Origin: an uncultured delta proteobacterium
GTDB lineage: Bacteria > Myxococcota > Myxococcia > Myxococcales > Myxococcaceae
Length of the DNA: 64,000 nucleotides
Reading direction: 5' to 3'
NCBI GenBank assembly: GCA_963771175.1
Contig: CAVYSY010000007.1
Location: 32,001-96,000, forward strand
Position 1 is the first letter of the stretch. Every line of letters starts with the position of its first letter. This document shows positions 11,668 to 21,724 of this stretch, piece after piece. A program made the position numbers and the translations under genes. The notes below the pieces were generated by a model. The model searched no databases. It was not told where the DNA came from and saw only the letters and a list, made by a program, of their open reading frames with translations.

Positions 11668-12201
11668 TCAGCGGGAGGCGGCGGGTGCCGCCGCGCCCAG
11701 GTGCGCGTGCAGCGTCTCGGCGCGCACGTAGAGGAACTGCGCGTCGCCAAAGGCCAGCCCATCCCCGTCGACGAGCTGCTGCTCCTGGTCGCCCAGCGGC
11801 ACCGCGTTGACGAAGGTGCCGTTCATCGAGCCCGCGTCGCGCACGTAACAGCACCCATCCGCCGCGCTCCAGCGCATCAGCGCGTGGAACTTGGAGACGG
11901 ACGGGTCGTGGATGACCACCGAGCACGTCTCGATGCGCCCCACCGCGAACACCTCGCCGTCCATCTTCGGCTTGAGGAAGAGCACCTGCAGATGCTCGAA
12001 GCCCTGCAGCATCGCCATCAGCCGGTCCGCCAGCCGGGTGCGGTGCGCCATGTACACCGTGCGCGCCTGGCCCATCTGCATGGCCACCTGCTGGAAGACG
12101 GGAGAGGGGGGCTGTTGGATGAGCACCACCGGACCATGCTCGGCAAGGAACGTCCCGACGTCCACCCGACCCAGCGCTCGCAATTCCCTGACCGAAGACA
12201 T
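11668..12201 (-). CDS. FHA domain protein
   Basis: VGR...DPSVSKFHA...DAGSMNGTFVN...DGDGLAFG. Confidence 0.9.
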   Translation of the reverse strand: MSSVRELRALGRVDVGTFLAEHGPVVLIQQPPSPVFQQVAMQMGQARTVYMAHRTRLADRLMAMLQGFEHLQVLFLKPKMDGEVFAVGRIETCSVVIHDPSVSKFHALMRWSAADGCCYVRDAGSMNGTFVNAVPLGDQEQQLVDGDGLAFGDAQFLYVRAETLHAHLGAAAPAASR

Positions 12202-12300
12202 GGGCCGCGAGGGTAGGCGCACACGCCGCGCGTGCCAAGGGCCTCGGCTCGGTTATGGTTCGCCCGCACACCACCCAGGCAGCCGCAGGAGGCTTCATCC

Positions 12301-13785
12301 ATGGCGAAGGCGAAGTACGTGCTGGCAGTGGACCAGGGCACCACCGGGACGCACGTCTCCATCCTCGACGACAAGCTGCGGGTGGTGGGCAGCGCGTACC
12401 GCGAGTTCACCCAGCACTTCCCCAAGCCCTCCTGGGTGGAGCACGACCTGGAGGAAATCTGGGCCACCGTCGAGCAGTGCATCCGCCTGGCCCTGAAGGA
12501 CGCGGGGCTGGCCGGCAAGGACATCTCCGCGGTGGGCATCACCAACCAGCGCGAGACGACCGGCCTGTGGATGCGTGAGGGCGGCAAGCCCCTGGGGCAC
12601 GCCATCGTGTGGCAGGACCGGCGCACCGCGCAACAGTGCGCGCGGCTGCGCGAGCAGGGCGAGGGACCCCGGGTGCACCAGACGACGGGCCTGGTGTTGG
12701 ACCCGTACTTCTCGGGCACCAAGCTCTCCTGGATGATGGAGCACATGAAGGGGGCCCGGAAGCGCGCCGAGAAGGGCGACGCGTGCTTCGGCACCATCGA
12801 CACCTGGCTCGTCTACAAGATGACGGGGGGCCAGTCGCACGTCACCGACGTCTCCAACGCCAGCCGCACGCTGCTGATGGACGTCACCCAGCTCAAGTGG
12901 GACGAGTCCATGCTCTCCCTCTTCGGCGTGCCGGGCGCGTGCCTGCCGGAGATTCGCGGCTCGGCCGAGAGCTACGGCACCACCCGGGGCATGCGCGGCC
13001 TGCCGGATGGCATCCCCATCACCGGCATGGCGGGGGACCAGCAGGCGGCCCTCTTCGGACAGGCGTGCTTCAGCCCCGGCGAGGCCAAGTGCACCTACGG
13101 CACCGGCGCCTTCCTGCTGATGAACACGGGCGACGCGCCGGTGTACTCGAAGGCGGGGCTGCTCACCACGGTGGCCTGGCGGATTGGCGACAAGACGTCC
13201 TACGCGCTGGAGGGCAGCTCCTTCATCGCCGGCGCCGCGGTGCAGTGGCTGCGCGACGGGCTGAAGGTCATCAAGAAGGCCGCGGACGTGGAGCCGCTCG
13301 CCGCCAGCGTGAAGGAGAGCGGGGATGTCGTCTTCGTCCCGGCGCTCGCGGGCCTCGGGGCCCCGCACTGGCGTCCCGAGGCGCGCGGCCTCTTCGCCGG
13401 CATCGACCGCTCCACCACGGTGGCCCACCTGGCGCGCGCGGCGCTCGAGGGCGTGGCGATGCAGATTCACGACCTGGCCGAGGCCATGCGCCGCGACAGC
13501 GGCCAGGAGATTCCGGCCTTCAAGGTGGACGGGGGCGCCGCGGCCAACAACCTGATGATGCAGTTCCAGGCGGACATCCTCGGCACCGAGGTGGTGCGCC
13601 CGCGGAACCTGCAGACGACCAGCCTGGGGGCCGCCTTCCTGGCGGGCCTGGGAGCCGGGGTGTGGAGCAGCACGGACGCCATCCGCCGCGCCTGGAAGGT
13701 GGACAAGGTCTTCAAGCCGAAGATGAAGGCGGAGGTGCGAGAGCGGTACCTCGCCAAGTGGCGGCGCGCGGTGGAGCGCGCCTGA
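12301..13785 (+). CDS. glpK: Glycerol kinase
   Basis: DQGTTG, GITNQRETT, WQDRRT, DPYFSGTK, NASRT, GDQQAALFGQ, KCTYGTG, VDGGA. Confidence 0.97.
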   Translation: MAKAKYVLAVDQGTTGTHVSILDDKLRVVGSAYREFTQHFPKPSWVEHDLEEIWATVEQCIRLALKDAGLAGKDISAVGITNQRETTGLWMREGGKPLGHAIVWQDRRTAQQCARLREQGEGPRVHQTTGLVLDPYFSGTKLSWMMEHMKGARKRAEKGDACFGTIDTWLVYKMTGGQSHVTDVSNASRTLLMDVTQLKWDESMLSLFGVPGACLPEIRGSAESYGTTRGMRGLPDGIPITGMAGDQQAALFGQACFSPGEAKCTYGTGAFLLMNTGDAPVYSKAGLLTTVAWRIGDKTSYALEGSSFIAGAAVQWLRDGLKVIKKAADVEPLAASVKESGDVVFVPALAGLGAPHWRPEARGLFAGIDRSTTVAHLARAALEGVAMQIHDLAEAMRRDSGQEIPAFKVDGGAAANNLMMQFQADILGTEVVRPRNLQTTSLGAAFLAGLGAGVWSSTDAIRRAWKVDKVFKPKMKAEVRERYLAKWRRAVERA

Positions 13786-13822
13786 GACAGCATCCCCCCA
13801 TTCGCGATAGGAGAAGGACCCG

Positions 13823-14134
13823 ATGGCCTACGACCGCACGCAGTTGACCCCCGAGGCCCTGAAGCAGTTCCTCGCCGAGCACCCCGAGTGGAAGCACGAG
13901 GGAGGGATGCTCCGCCGCACCTACGAGGCGCCGAGCTTCCTCGCGGGCATCGACTTCGTGAGCCGGGTGGCGAAGGCCGCCGAGGCGGCGGACCACCACC
14001 CGGACATCGACATCCGCTGGCGCAAGGTGACGCTGGCGCTGGTGACGCACGACGCGGGCGGCCTCACCTGGCGCGACACGAAGCTGGCGGCCGAGGCGGA
14101 CACGCTGTTCACCCAGGTGGTGAAGCAGGGCTGA
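13823..14134 (+). CDS. Pterin-4a-carbinolamine dehydratase
   Basis: AEAADHHPDI, VTHDAGGLT..D. Confidence 0.92.
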   Translation: MAYDRTQLTPEALKQFLAEHPEWKHEGGMLRRTYEAPSFLAGIDFVSRVAKAAEAADHHPDIDIRWRKVTLALVTHDAGGLTWRDTKLAAEADTLFTQVVKQG

Positions 14135-15369
14135 TGCGCGCCGTCCTCTTCGTGTCGGTGGTGCTGCTGGCGACCCCGGCGGCGTGGGCACAGGACGAGG
14201 TGCCCGCGGCCACCCGGCCCGAGCGGCTGTACGTCAACTCGGGCGTGCTGATGGGCTCCTCGCGGGTGGTGGCGCTGGGCGGCGCCTACGTGGGCGTCGC
14301 CGAGGGCGTGGCCGGCTTCACCAACAACCTGGCCGCGCTCGCCCACCGCACCCCGTACCTGAACAAGGACTGGGACGTGGGCGTCACCCTGTCCTGGTTG
14401 GACCTGCCGCTGGCCAAGGCCAAGGGCAAGGACCTGGACAACGACGGCCTGGCCGACGACGCCCCCGAGACGCTCCAGCTCCTGGGCGCGGTGATGCTGC
14501 AGTACCGCAACTTCGGGCTCGGCTTCTCCTTGCGCAACCAACAGGTGGGCTACTGCAACACGCTCCACTGCGACGAGAGCGACTTGCTGAGCGTGTCGCT
14601 CCTCCAGACGGCGCTGGCGGGCGCGGTGGCGCTGGGGCGGGACGAGTTCATCCTCGGCTTCGGCATCTACAGCGCGCAGGCCGTCTTCAGCCACAAGTCG
14701 GAGGGTGACTGGCGGTACGGAGACACGGGCCTGGCGCTGGACATGCTGTACCGACCGCTCGGGAGGCCGTACCGGGTGGGGGTGTCGGTGCGACCCGAGG
14801 TGGTGGGCGCCTGGCGGCGGCAGGAGGGACAGGTGCCCTTCCTCGCGGGCCGGCAGCTCTACGCGGCGGTGGTGTCGCCGGCGGTGCTGTCGCTGGGAGT
14901 GAGCTGGCGACTGGGCGAGGGGGCGGAGAACTACAACCGGCTCTCCCCCGCGGCGCGCCGGCAGATGCTGGAAGGGGAGCACTTCTCCGAGGTGCCGCCC
15001 GAGGACGTGGTCGGAGCCCCCTCGGGCCGGTGGCTCATCAGCGTGCAGGCGGACTTCATCTCGCGGGTGGAGAACGCGGTGTCGGTGCACTCGTTCACGG
15101 CGCTCACCGAGCCGACGAGGGTGGGAGCCTCGGGGATGCTGCAGCCGCGCCTGGGCGTGGAGCACGAGACGTGGCCGGGGCGGCTGCGCACGCGGCTGGG
15201 GACGTTCATCGAGCCCTCGCCCTTCGAGGACCACCTGCCGAGGCCCCACTTCACGGGAGGCTTCGAGCTGTTCCTGTTCCGCTACTGGGAGGACTGGGCG
15301 CTGACGGCCTCGTTCGATGCCTCGCGCCGCTATTCCAACTTCGGCATCTCGGTGGGCTTCTGGAGATGA
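14134..15369 (+). CDS. Putative outer-membrane beta-barrel (FadL/PorV-like N-terminus)
   Basis: Signal peptide (PAAWA-Q), RVVALGGAYVGVAEG...NLAALA, C-terminal FGISVGFWR; TGATG coupling. Confidence 0.6.
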   Translation: MRAVLFVSVVLLATPAAWAQDEVPAATRPERLYVNSGVLMGSSRVVALGGAYVGVAEGVAGFTNNLAALAHRTPYLNKDWDVGVTLSWLDLPLAKAKGKDLDNDGLADDAPETLQLLGAVMLQYRNFGLGFSLRNQQVGYCNTLHCDESDLLSVSLLQTALAGAVALGRDEFILGFGIYSAQAVFSHKSEGDWRYGDTGLALDMLYRPLGRPYRVGVSVRPEVVGAWRRQEGQVPFLAGRQLYAAVVSPAVLSLGVSWRLGEGAENYNRLSPAARRQMLEGEHFSEVPPEDVVGAPSGRWLISVQADFISRVENAVSVHSFTALTEPTRVGASGMLQPRLGVEHETWPGRLRTRLGTFIEPSPFEDHLPRPHFTGGFELFLFRYWEDWALTASFDASRRYSNFGISVGFWR

Positions 15370-16259
15370 GCGAGCGCCACCCCTGGAGGACGGTGGCCTT
15401 CACGGTGCTGGCGCTCATCGGGTTCGCGGCCAACTCGCTGCTGTGCCGGGCGGCGCTGGAGAACGGGGCCTGGCGCATCGACGCGGCGAGCTTCACGAGC
15501 ATCCGGCTCGGCTCGGGTGCGCTCGTGCTGTGGCTGCTGCCGCGGGCGCGCGGAGGAGGAGAACGCCGGGGCTCATGGGGCTCGGCGCTGGCGCTGTTCG
15601 CCTACGCCGCGGGCTTCTCGCTGGCGTACGTGCGGATTCCCGCGGGAGTGGGCGCGCTCATCCTCTTCGGCTGCGTGCAGGCGACGATGCTGGGCGTGGG
15701 CCTCTTCCGGGGCGAGCGCCCCCGTCCGCGGGAGTGGCTGGGCTTCGTCATGGCGCTCGGAGGGCTCATCGTGCTGCGCCTGCCGGGAGCCACCGCGCCG
15801 GACCCGCTCGGGGCCACGCTGATGGCGGGGGCGGGCGTGGCGTGGGGCGTGTACTCGCTGCGAGGGCGCGGCAACGCGGACCCGCTGGCGGCCACGGCGG
15901 ACAACTTCCTGCGGAGCGTGCCGATGACGGCGGGGCTCTCCGTCCTGGGGCTCCTGGTGCTGGAAGCCCCGAGGGCGACTCCGGCGGGCGTGGGACTGGC
16001 GGTGGCGTCGGGGGCACTGGCGTCGGGCGTGGGCTACAGCCTGTGGTACGCGGCGCTGCCGTACCTGACGGCGATGCGGGCGGCGGTGGTGCAGCTCGCG
16101 GTGCCGGTGGTGGCGGCAGCGGGTGGCGTGCTGCTGCTCGGCGAGGCGCTGACGGTGCGGCTGGTGGGCGCGGGCAGTGCCCTGTTGTGCGGCGTGCTCC
16201 TGGCCCTCACGGCGCGCCAGCGCAAGGCCCCAGCGAAAGAGCCGGCCTCGGCGCGGTAG
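15366..16259 (+). CDS. DMT/EamA family transporter
   Basis: FAANSLLCRAAL, FTSIRLGSGA, GYSLWY, ~10 hydrophobic segments. Confidence 0.9.
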   Translation: MSERHPWRTVAFTVLALIGFAANSLLCRAALENGAWRIDAASFTSIRLGSGALVLWLLPRARGGGERRGSWGSALALFAYAAGFSLAYVRIPAGVGALILFGCVQATMLGVGLFRGERPRPREWLGFVMALGGLIVLRLPGATAPDPLGATLMAGAGVAWGVYSLRGRGNADPLAATADNFLRSVPMTAGLSVLGLLVLEAPRATPAGVGLAVASGALASGVGYSLWYAALPYLTAMRAAVVQLAVPVVAAAGGVLLLGEALTVRLVGAGSALLCGVLLALTARQRKAPAKEPASAR

Positions 16260-16268
16260 GCGGCAGGC

Positions 16269-16547
16269 TCAGCCGCGCCGGCCTGGGCGACGCCTCGCCG
16301 ACTGGCGCACGCCGGGGAGTGGACGGGGTGGGCCCTCCAGGTGCGCGGAGCGGAGCGGTCTGGCGGCTTGGGGCCTCAGCTCCCTCCCATCTTCGGGCAG
16401 GGGCCGCTCCCCCTCCCGCCGCAATGCCGGCGGGCTGAGCAGGCGAGCGTCCGGCCGCCAGTCGAACAGCAGGAGGGAGATCAGCACCATCGTCACCACC
16501 GTGCGCCGGAACGAGGGGGATTCCTGGAGGAGCAGTTGCGGATTCAT
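16269..16547 (-). CDS. Possible small hypothetical protein
   Basis: GAAGAGG upstream of MNPQLLL; one short hydrophobic stretch; fills gap after the STAS gene. Confidence 0.35.
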   Translation of the reverse strand: MNPQLLLQESPSFRRTVVTMVLISLLLFDWRPDARLLSPPALRREGERPLPEDGRELRPQAARPLRSAHLEGPPRPLPGVRQSARRRPGRRG

Positions 16548-16599
16548 CTGCCTCTTCCAACACCCGACCGCCGCGCCTTCATGCACCCCTGGACGCCGC

Positions 16600-16971
16600 T
16601 CAGTCGTCGAGGTCCCGATGGTCGCGCACCGGGAAGCAGGCCGGGCACGTCATGCTCCGGCGCGTGGGCGCGAGCGTGTGCGGGTCGATGTTCAGGTACT
16701 GGAGCACCCGCGCCGGGTGGCTGGGAATCCCCCGCGTCTTCAGGTGGAGCTCCGGCAGCCGGCTCAATCCCTGGACGAGCATATCCAGGGCGAAGTCCTG
16801 GAAGGTGTTCACCCTGCTGAAATCCAACTCCATGTGGCCCGCGTCGGCCCGACGCTGGAGGAGCGCCAGGACATCCCGGGCGGCCCTGGCATCGAAGGTT
16901 CCGTGCAGCTCGATGCAGGCGCGCGAGGGGGGCAACTCCCTCTCTTGCTGGATGGGCGCTGTCTGGTTCAT
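16600..16971 (-). CDS. STAS (anti-anti-sigma-like) domain protein
   Basis: GGAGG RBS; IELHGTFDARAA...MELDFSRVNTFQDFAL. Confidence 0.7.
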   Translation of the reverse strand: MNQTAPIQQERELPPSRACIELHGTFDARAARDVLALLQRRADAGHMELDFSRVNTFQDFALDMLVQGLSRLPELHLKTRGIPSHPARVLQYLNIDPHTLAPTRRSMTCPACFPVRDHRDLDD

Positions 16972-17204
16972 GGACGTTCCTCCTTCCCAGCTCACCCTGA
17001 TTGAAAGATGCGTGCCAGCCGATCCGCCCGGGGATTCCGGGCGCCGGGCGCAATTCGTGCGCTTCCGCACACCCTGGCGTGCAGTCGCTGCGCCCCTCCC
17101 CCAAGGACGCATCTCTCGTTTCCTGGGTCCCTACCGGGCGAGAGCGGCCCCTGGGGAGCGGCCTTGCACCTCCCACACCAGCGGGGAAGCCTCGCCCGCG
17201 GACG

Positions 17205-18305
17205 TCACAATCCTTTATCGAGCTCCTGGAGCACGAGAGTGACGGCGGCCTTCGCGTTGACCCGCCCGAAACCGTAGAAGCCGCTGTAGGGCCTCATCTT
17301 GACGTTGTCCGTGAAGGACGTGTGGTCGAAGGAGGCGAGCTGGCCGCTGGTGAGCGACCCGGCGGCGGTCTTCCACTTTCCGGCGGCGTGCGTGCAGGTC
17401 GCGTCGATCTTGTCGGCGCTCAGGCACAGGAGCGTCTTGACCTGCTTGGGCGTCAATTTGGGATTCGCCAGCAGCATCAGCGCCACCACCCCCGCGACCA
17501 TCGGGCACGCCGCTGACGTATTCCCGTGGTAATCGAAGTTCCTGTTCCCGGAGAGCCCCTGCTCGCCCTGGCCCGTGTTGGACGTGCTCACCGGTCGGAT
17601 TCCGCTGTCATCACTGCCGGGTGCACAGACCGTGATTCCGGGCCCGTAATTGGACCTGCCGCTCTTCACTTCCGGCCCGCCGGTCGCGTTGAGCGTCGAG
17701 CCGACCAGGATGGCGTCTTCGGCGAAGAGGACGTCCTTTCCCGCCAGGACCTCGTTCTCGTTGCCGGCCGCGAAGACGAACACCGTCTGGGCGCTCAGCT
17801 CCTTGATGAGGTCTCTCATCTTGTAGGCCTTCTGGGCCGCCTTCTTGTTCTCGCTGAAATAGCCCGGGCCGTAACCCCAGCTGCAGCTGATGACCCGCGC
17901 GCCGCGACCGCACAGCTCCCGGAACATCTGCTCGTCGTCGTTGAAATTGTCGCTCGGCGCGTAGCGCGCACCGAAGAGGGAGAGCGTGAACTCAACGCAG
18001 GAGGTCGCCACGCCTCCCAGGAACTGCCCTTCCGCGCTCCCTCCGATCAACCCGGCGCACAAGGTCCCGTGCGAGTTGGTGCCGTTCTTCACGGGCGAGC
18101 CGCCCTCGAAGGAGAGGGAGCCCTCGGCATTGATGACCGACGCGAGGTTCGGGTGCTCGATGTCGCAGCCGTTATCGAGGACGGCCACATTGACGGAGGC
18201 CGGCTCCGTGTACCTCCACCCGTTCTCGGCGGAGGCGGGCACATAACGACCGGCAACCAACGTGCGCGCCTTGGGGATTTTCATCAACTCGTGCCATGTG
18301 GCCAT
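17205..18305 (-). CDS. S8 family serine peptidase (subtilase), catalytic domain only
   Basis: AVLDNG (Asp), SHGTLCAG (His), FAAGNE (oxyanion Asn), GNTSAACP (Ser), YGFGRVNA. Confidence 0.92.
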   Translation of the reverse strand: MATWHELMKIPKARTLVAGRYVPASAENGWRYTEPASVNVAVLDNGCDIEHPNLASVINAEGSLSFEGGSPVKNGTNSHGTLCAGLIGGSAEGQFLGGVATSCVEFTLSLFGARYAPSDNFNDDEQMFRELCGRGARVISCSWGYGPGYFSENKKAAQKAYKMRDLIKELSAQTVFVFAAGNENEVLAGKDVLFAEDAILVGSTLNATGGPEVKSGRSNYGPGITVCAPGSDDSGIRPVSTSNTGQGEQGLSGNRNFDYHGNTSAACPMVAGVVALMLLANPKLTPKQVKTLLCLSADKIDATCTHAAGKWKTAAGSLTSGQLASFDHTSFTDNVKMRPYSGFYGFGRVNAKAAVTLVLQELDKGL

Positions 18306-18414
18306 GTTGGATGTCCTCCAGGCACGAGCCTATACGAGCCCTCCCCGGACCACCCAGGCCTTCGCGAACCTCAAGTCCCCACGGCTACCCGGGAGACACG
18401 TGGTGATGTGCGGC

Positions 18415-19491
18415 TCAGCCCGCGTTGCGCAGGAACGTCGCCAGCTTCTCGTAGGCCACCGCCAGCGCGGGGATGGGGGCGCTCTCGTTCGCCTGGTGCG
18501 CCTGCGCCGTCTCGCCCGGCCCGAAGTTCACCGCGTCCACCCCGAGCTCGGAGAAGCGCGCCACGTCCGTCCACGCCTGCTTCGACGCCGCCGGCAGCCC
18601 CGTCAGCGCCATCAGCCCCTGGAACAGCGGGTTGTCCGCGCACACCCGGCCGCTCGGCGCCAGGTCCGTGAACTCCACCTCCGCCGCGTCCCCCACCAGC
18701 TCCCGCACGTCCTGCTGCGCCCGCTCCACGCTCTTCCCCGGCGCGAACCGGTAGTTGAGGTTGAGCTCGAACGCCTCCGGAATCACGTTGCGCGCCCGCC
18801 CTCCCGAGGCCTTCGTGATGTTCATCACCTCATAGAAGGAGAACTCGCCCTGCACCACCTCGCGCCGAGGCAGCGCCAGCAGGTGCGCCAGCAGCGGCCC
18901 CGCCTTGTGGATGGCGTTCTCCCCCTGCCAGGGCCTCGCCGAGTGCGCGCTCCGCCCCTTGAACCGCAGCGTCACGTGCAGGCTCCCCACGCACCCCACC
19001 TGCACCACCCCGTCCGTCGGCTCCATCGCGATGCCGAACTTCACCCGCTTGAGCTCCGGCCGCGTGTCGAACAGCGGCCCCAGCCCGCTCTCCAGGTAGG
19101 GACCCTCCTCGCGCTCGTAGAGCACCACCACCAGGTTCACCGGCAGCTCGGCACGCGGCAGGTCCTCCGCCAGCGCCATCATCACCGCCAGCCCGCCCTT
19201 CATGTCCGAGGCGCCCAGGCCGAAGACGCGCTCCCCTTCAAGCCTCGGCTCCCGGTCGTTCGGGTGCGCGGGCACCGTGTCCAGGTGACCCACCAGCGCC
19301 ACCGTGGGCCTGTCGTCCCGCAGGTTCCCCAGCACCAGCGAGTGCCCCAGCCGGAACACCTCGCGCTGCGGAAAGAGCCCGCGCGCCCAGCGCTCCACGT
19401 GGTCGGCGATGGCCCGCTCCTCCCCGATGGGGCTGGGAATCCGACACAGGGCCAACGTGGACTGGGCAAGGCGGGTCGCGAGGTCGCTCAT
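18415..19491 (-). CDS. dapE: Succinyl-diaminopimelate desuccinylase (M20)
   Basis: GHLDTVP, GLGASDMKGG, EREE, AHSARPW, WTDVARF, GPG...AHQANE. Confidence 0.92.
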   Translation of the reverse strand: MSDLATRLAQSTLALCRIPSPIGEERAIADHVERWARGLFPQREVFRLGHSLVLGNLRDDRPTVALVGHLDTVPAHPNDREPRLEGERVFGLGASDMKGGLAVMMALAEDLPRAELPVNLVVVLYEREEGPYLESGLGPLFDTRPELKRVKFGIAMEPTDGVVQVGCVGSLHVTLRFKGRSAHSARPWQGENAIHKAGPLLAHLLALPRREVVQGEFSFYEVMNITKASGGRARNVIPEAFELNLNYRFAPGKSVERAQQDVRELVGDAAEVEFTDLAPSGRVCADNPLFQGLMALTGLPAASKQAWTDVARFSELGVDAVNFGPGETAQAHQANESAPIPALAVAYEKLATFLRNAG

Positions 19492-19506
19492 CTTCCGCTC
19501 GAAAGG

Positions 19507-21414
19507 CTACAGCTCGACCTGGGTGCCCATCTCCACCACGCGGTTGGGCGGGATGCGGAAGAAGGACGTGGCCGAGCGGGCGTTGTGGCTCATCCAGACG
19601 AAGAGGGCCTCGCGCCAGCGAGCCATGCCCGGCTTCTTGGTGACGAGGAGCGTCTCGCGGCCGAGGAAGAAGCTGGTGCCCATCAGGTTGAACTGCAGCC
19701 CGGCCTCCCGCAGGCGCTTGAGGATGTCCGGGATGCTCGGGTCCTCCATGAAGCCATAGCGCGCGTACACGCGCTTGAGCCCGAGCTCCAGCGGCTCCAC
19801 CTCCACGCGCTCGGAGACCGGCACGTGGGGCACGTCCTGGGTCTGGATGGTGAGGAGCACCGTCTGCTCGTGCAGCACCTTGTTGTGCTTGAGGTTGTGC
19901 AGGAGCGCGCTGGGCGCGGCCTCCGCGTTGCCCGTCATGAAGATGGCCGTGCCGGGCACGCGCGTGGGCGAGTGCTCCCGGAAGCTCTCCAGCAGGGCCT
20001 CGACGGTGAGGGAACCCGCGCGCAGCCGCTCGCCCAGCAACTCGCGGCCGCGCTTCCACGTCGTCATCAAGGTGAAGATGATGAGGCCGAGCGTGAGCGG
20101 GAACCAGCCGCCGTCGGGCACCTTCACCACGTTGGCGCCCAGGAATGACAGGTCGATGGCCAGGAAGAGCGCCGACACCGGCAGCACCACCGCGCGGCTC
20201 ATCTTCCAGCGCTCGCGGGCCACCACGTACGCGAGCACCGTGGTGATGGACATGGCGGCGGTGGTCGCCATGCCGTAGGCCGCCGCCAGTGCGCTCGAGG
20301 AGCGGAAGGTGAGCACCAGCACCACCACGCCCAGGAGCATGGCGAAGTTGAGGCCGGGCAGGAAGATCTGCCCCTCCTCCTGCGCCGAGGTGTGCACCAC
20401 CTCCATGCGCGGGCTGTAGCCGAGCTGGATGGCCTGGCGCGTGAGGCTGAAGGCGCCCGAGATGAGCGCCTGGCTGGCGATGCTCGCCGCCAGCGTGGCG
20501 AGCGCCACCAGCGGGTAGAGCAGGAACGGCGGGGCGAGCTGGTAGAACGGGTTCTCCGCCGTCGGGTCGCGCAGCAGGAGCGCGCCCTGCCCGAAGTAGT
20601 TGAGCAGCAGCGAGGGCAGCGCCACCGCGAACCACGCCAGCCGGATGGGCTTGCGGCCGAAGTGGCCCATGTCCGCGTAGAGCGCCTCGCCCCCGGTGAT
20701 GACCAGGATGACCACCGCCAGCAGCAGGAAGCCGTGCACGCCGTTGTGGACGAAGAACTCCACCGCGTAGCCGGGCCACACCGCCCGCAGCACGTCCGGC
20801 CGGGCCAGGATGGAGCGCGCCCCCAGCGTGGCGAGGGTGAGGAACCACAGGAGCATCATCGGCCCGAAAATCTTGCCGATGCCGGCCGTGCCCCGACTCT
20901 GCACCACGAACAGGCCGACCAGGATGACCAGCGTGAGCGGCACCACGTAGGGCTCGAACACGTTCGTGGCCACGTTGAGACCCTCGGTGGCCGACAGGAC
21001 CGAGATGGCCGGAGTGATGACGCCGTCGCCGTAGATGAGGCCCGCGCCGAACAGCGCCATCCACACCAGCACCTTGCGGTTGCTGCTCGGGCGGCCCTCG
21101 CGCGTGCGGTGCATCACCAGCGCCATCAGCGCCAGCATTCCACCCTCGCCGCGGTTGTCCGCGCGCATGACGAACGCCAGGTACTTCACCGAGATGACGA
21201 TGACGAGGGCCCAGAAGAACAGGCTCAGCACCCCCAGCACGTTGGCGGGCGTGGGGGCGATGGCATGCGGCCCATGGAAGCACTCGCGAAGCGCGTACAG
21301 GGGCGAGGTGCCAATATCGCCATAGACCACCCCCAGCGCTCCCAGCGCTCCCAGTGCGACGCGACGGAATGAGGGGGGTTCGGCGCCAGCGGAGGAGTGC
21401 ACGGAGAGGCTCAC
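19507..21414 (-). CDS. kup: KUP/HAK/KT potassium transporter
   Basis: GVVYGDIGTSPLY, DNRGEGG, DGVITPAISVLSA, EALYADMGHFG; GTG start at 21414 inferred. Confidence 0.96.
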   Translation of the reverse strand: MSLSVHSSAGAEPPSFRRVALGALGALGVVYGDIGTSPLYALRECFHGPHAIAPTPANVLGVLSLFFWALVIVISVKYLAFVMRADNRGEGGMLALMALVMHRTREGRPSSNRKVLVWMALFGAGLIYGDGVITPAISVLSATEGLNVATNVFEPYVVPLTLVILVGLFVVQSRGTAGIGKIFGPMMLLWFLTLATLGARSILARPDVLRAVWPGYAVEFFVHNGVHGFLLLAVVILVITGGEALYADMGHFGRKPIRLAWFAVALPSLLLNYFGQGALLLRDPTAENPFYQLAPPFLLYPLVALATLAASIASQALISGAFSLTRQAIQLGYSPRMEVVHTSAQEEGQIFLPGLNFAMLLGVVVLVLTFRSSSALAAAYGMATTAAMSITTVLAYVVARERWKMSRAVVLPVSALFLAIDLSFLGANVVKVPDGGWFPLTLGLIIFTLMTTWKRGRELLGERLRAGSLTVEALLESFREHSPTRVPGTAIFMTGNAEAAPSALLHNLKHNKVLHEQTVLLTIQTQDVPHVPVSERVEVEPLELGLKRVYARYGFMEDPSIPDILKRLREAGLQFNLMGTSFFLGRETLLVTKKPGMARWREALFVWMSHNARSATSFFRIPPNRVVEMGTQVEL

Positions 21415-21724
21415 CTCGAAGAGACGGGCCGGCCTGTCCGGGCCGCCGTGAAAGGCCGCCAGCCTTAGCGCACCCCCCGCTCCCGGGTCATCGAATTCCG
21501 CGAGGGGTCGGTGCAAGAGGAGCGGAAACAATCACCCTGGGTGAATGAACACCCCCCTTCACCCCGCTCGGGGTGTGGGTGGCCCACGCCCATACCGGCC
21601 CCGAGGCGGCGGCCACCCAGGGAGGAGCGCCGAAAGGCGGGCGGAGAGGGCTCACCCGTTGGCCAGGCAGCCACAGCCACCCCATTTCCCGTTATTTGGT
21701 TCGTAGACAAAACTTTCTCCATCC

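Noticed and set aside
17002..17017. Sigma54 promoter for the STAS gene (TGGCACGCATCTTTCA, minus)
   Set aside because: Good -24 box but the -12 GC is TC; not enough to call.
21415..21724. c-di-AMP (ydaO) riboswitch upstream of kup
   Set aside because: A GGGTGAAT-like match is on the strand opposite kup, and the conserved GTCAGCTAAC 3' element is absent.
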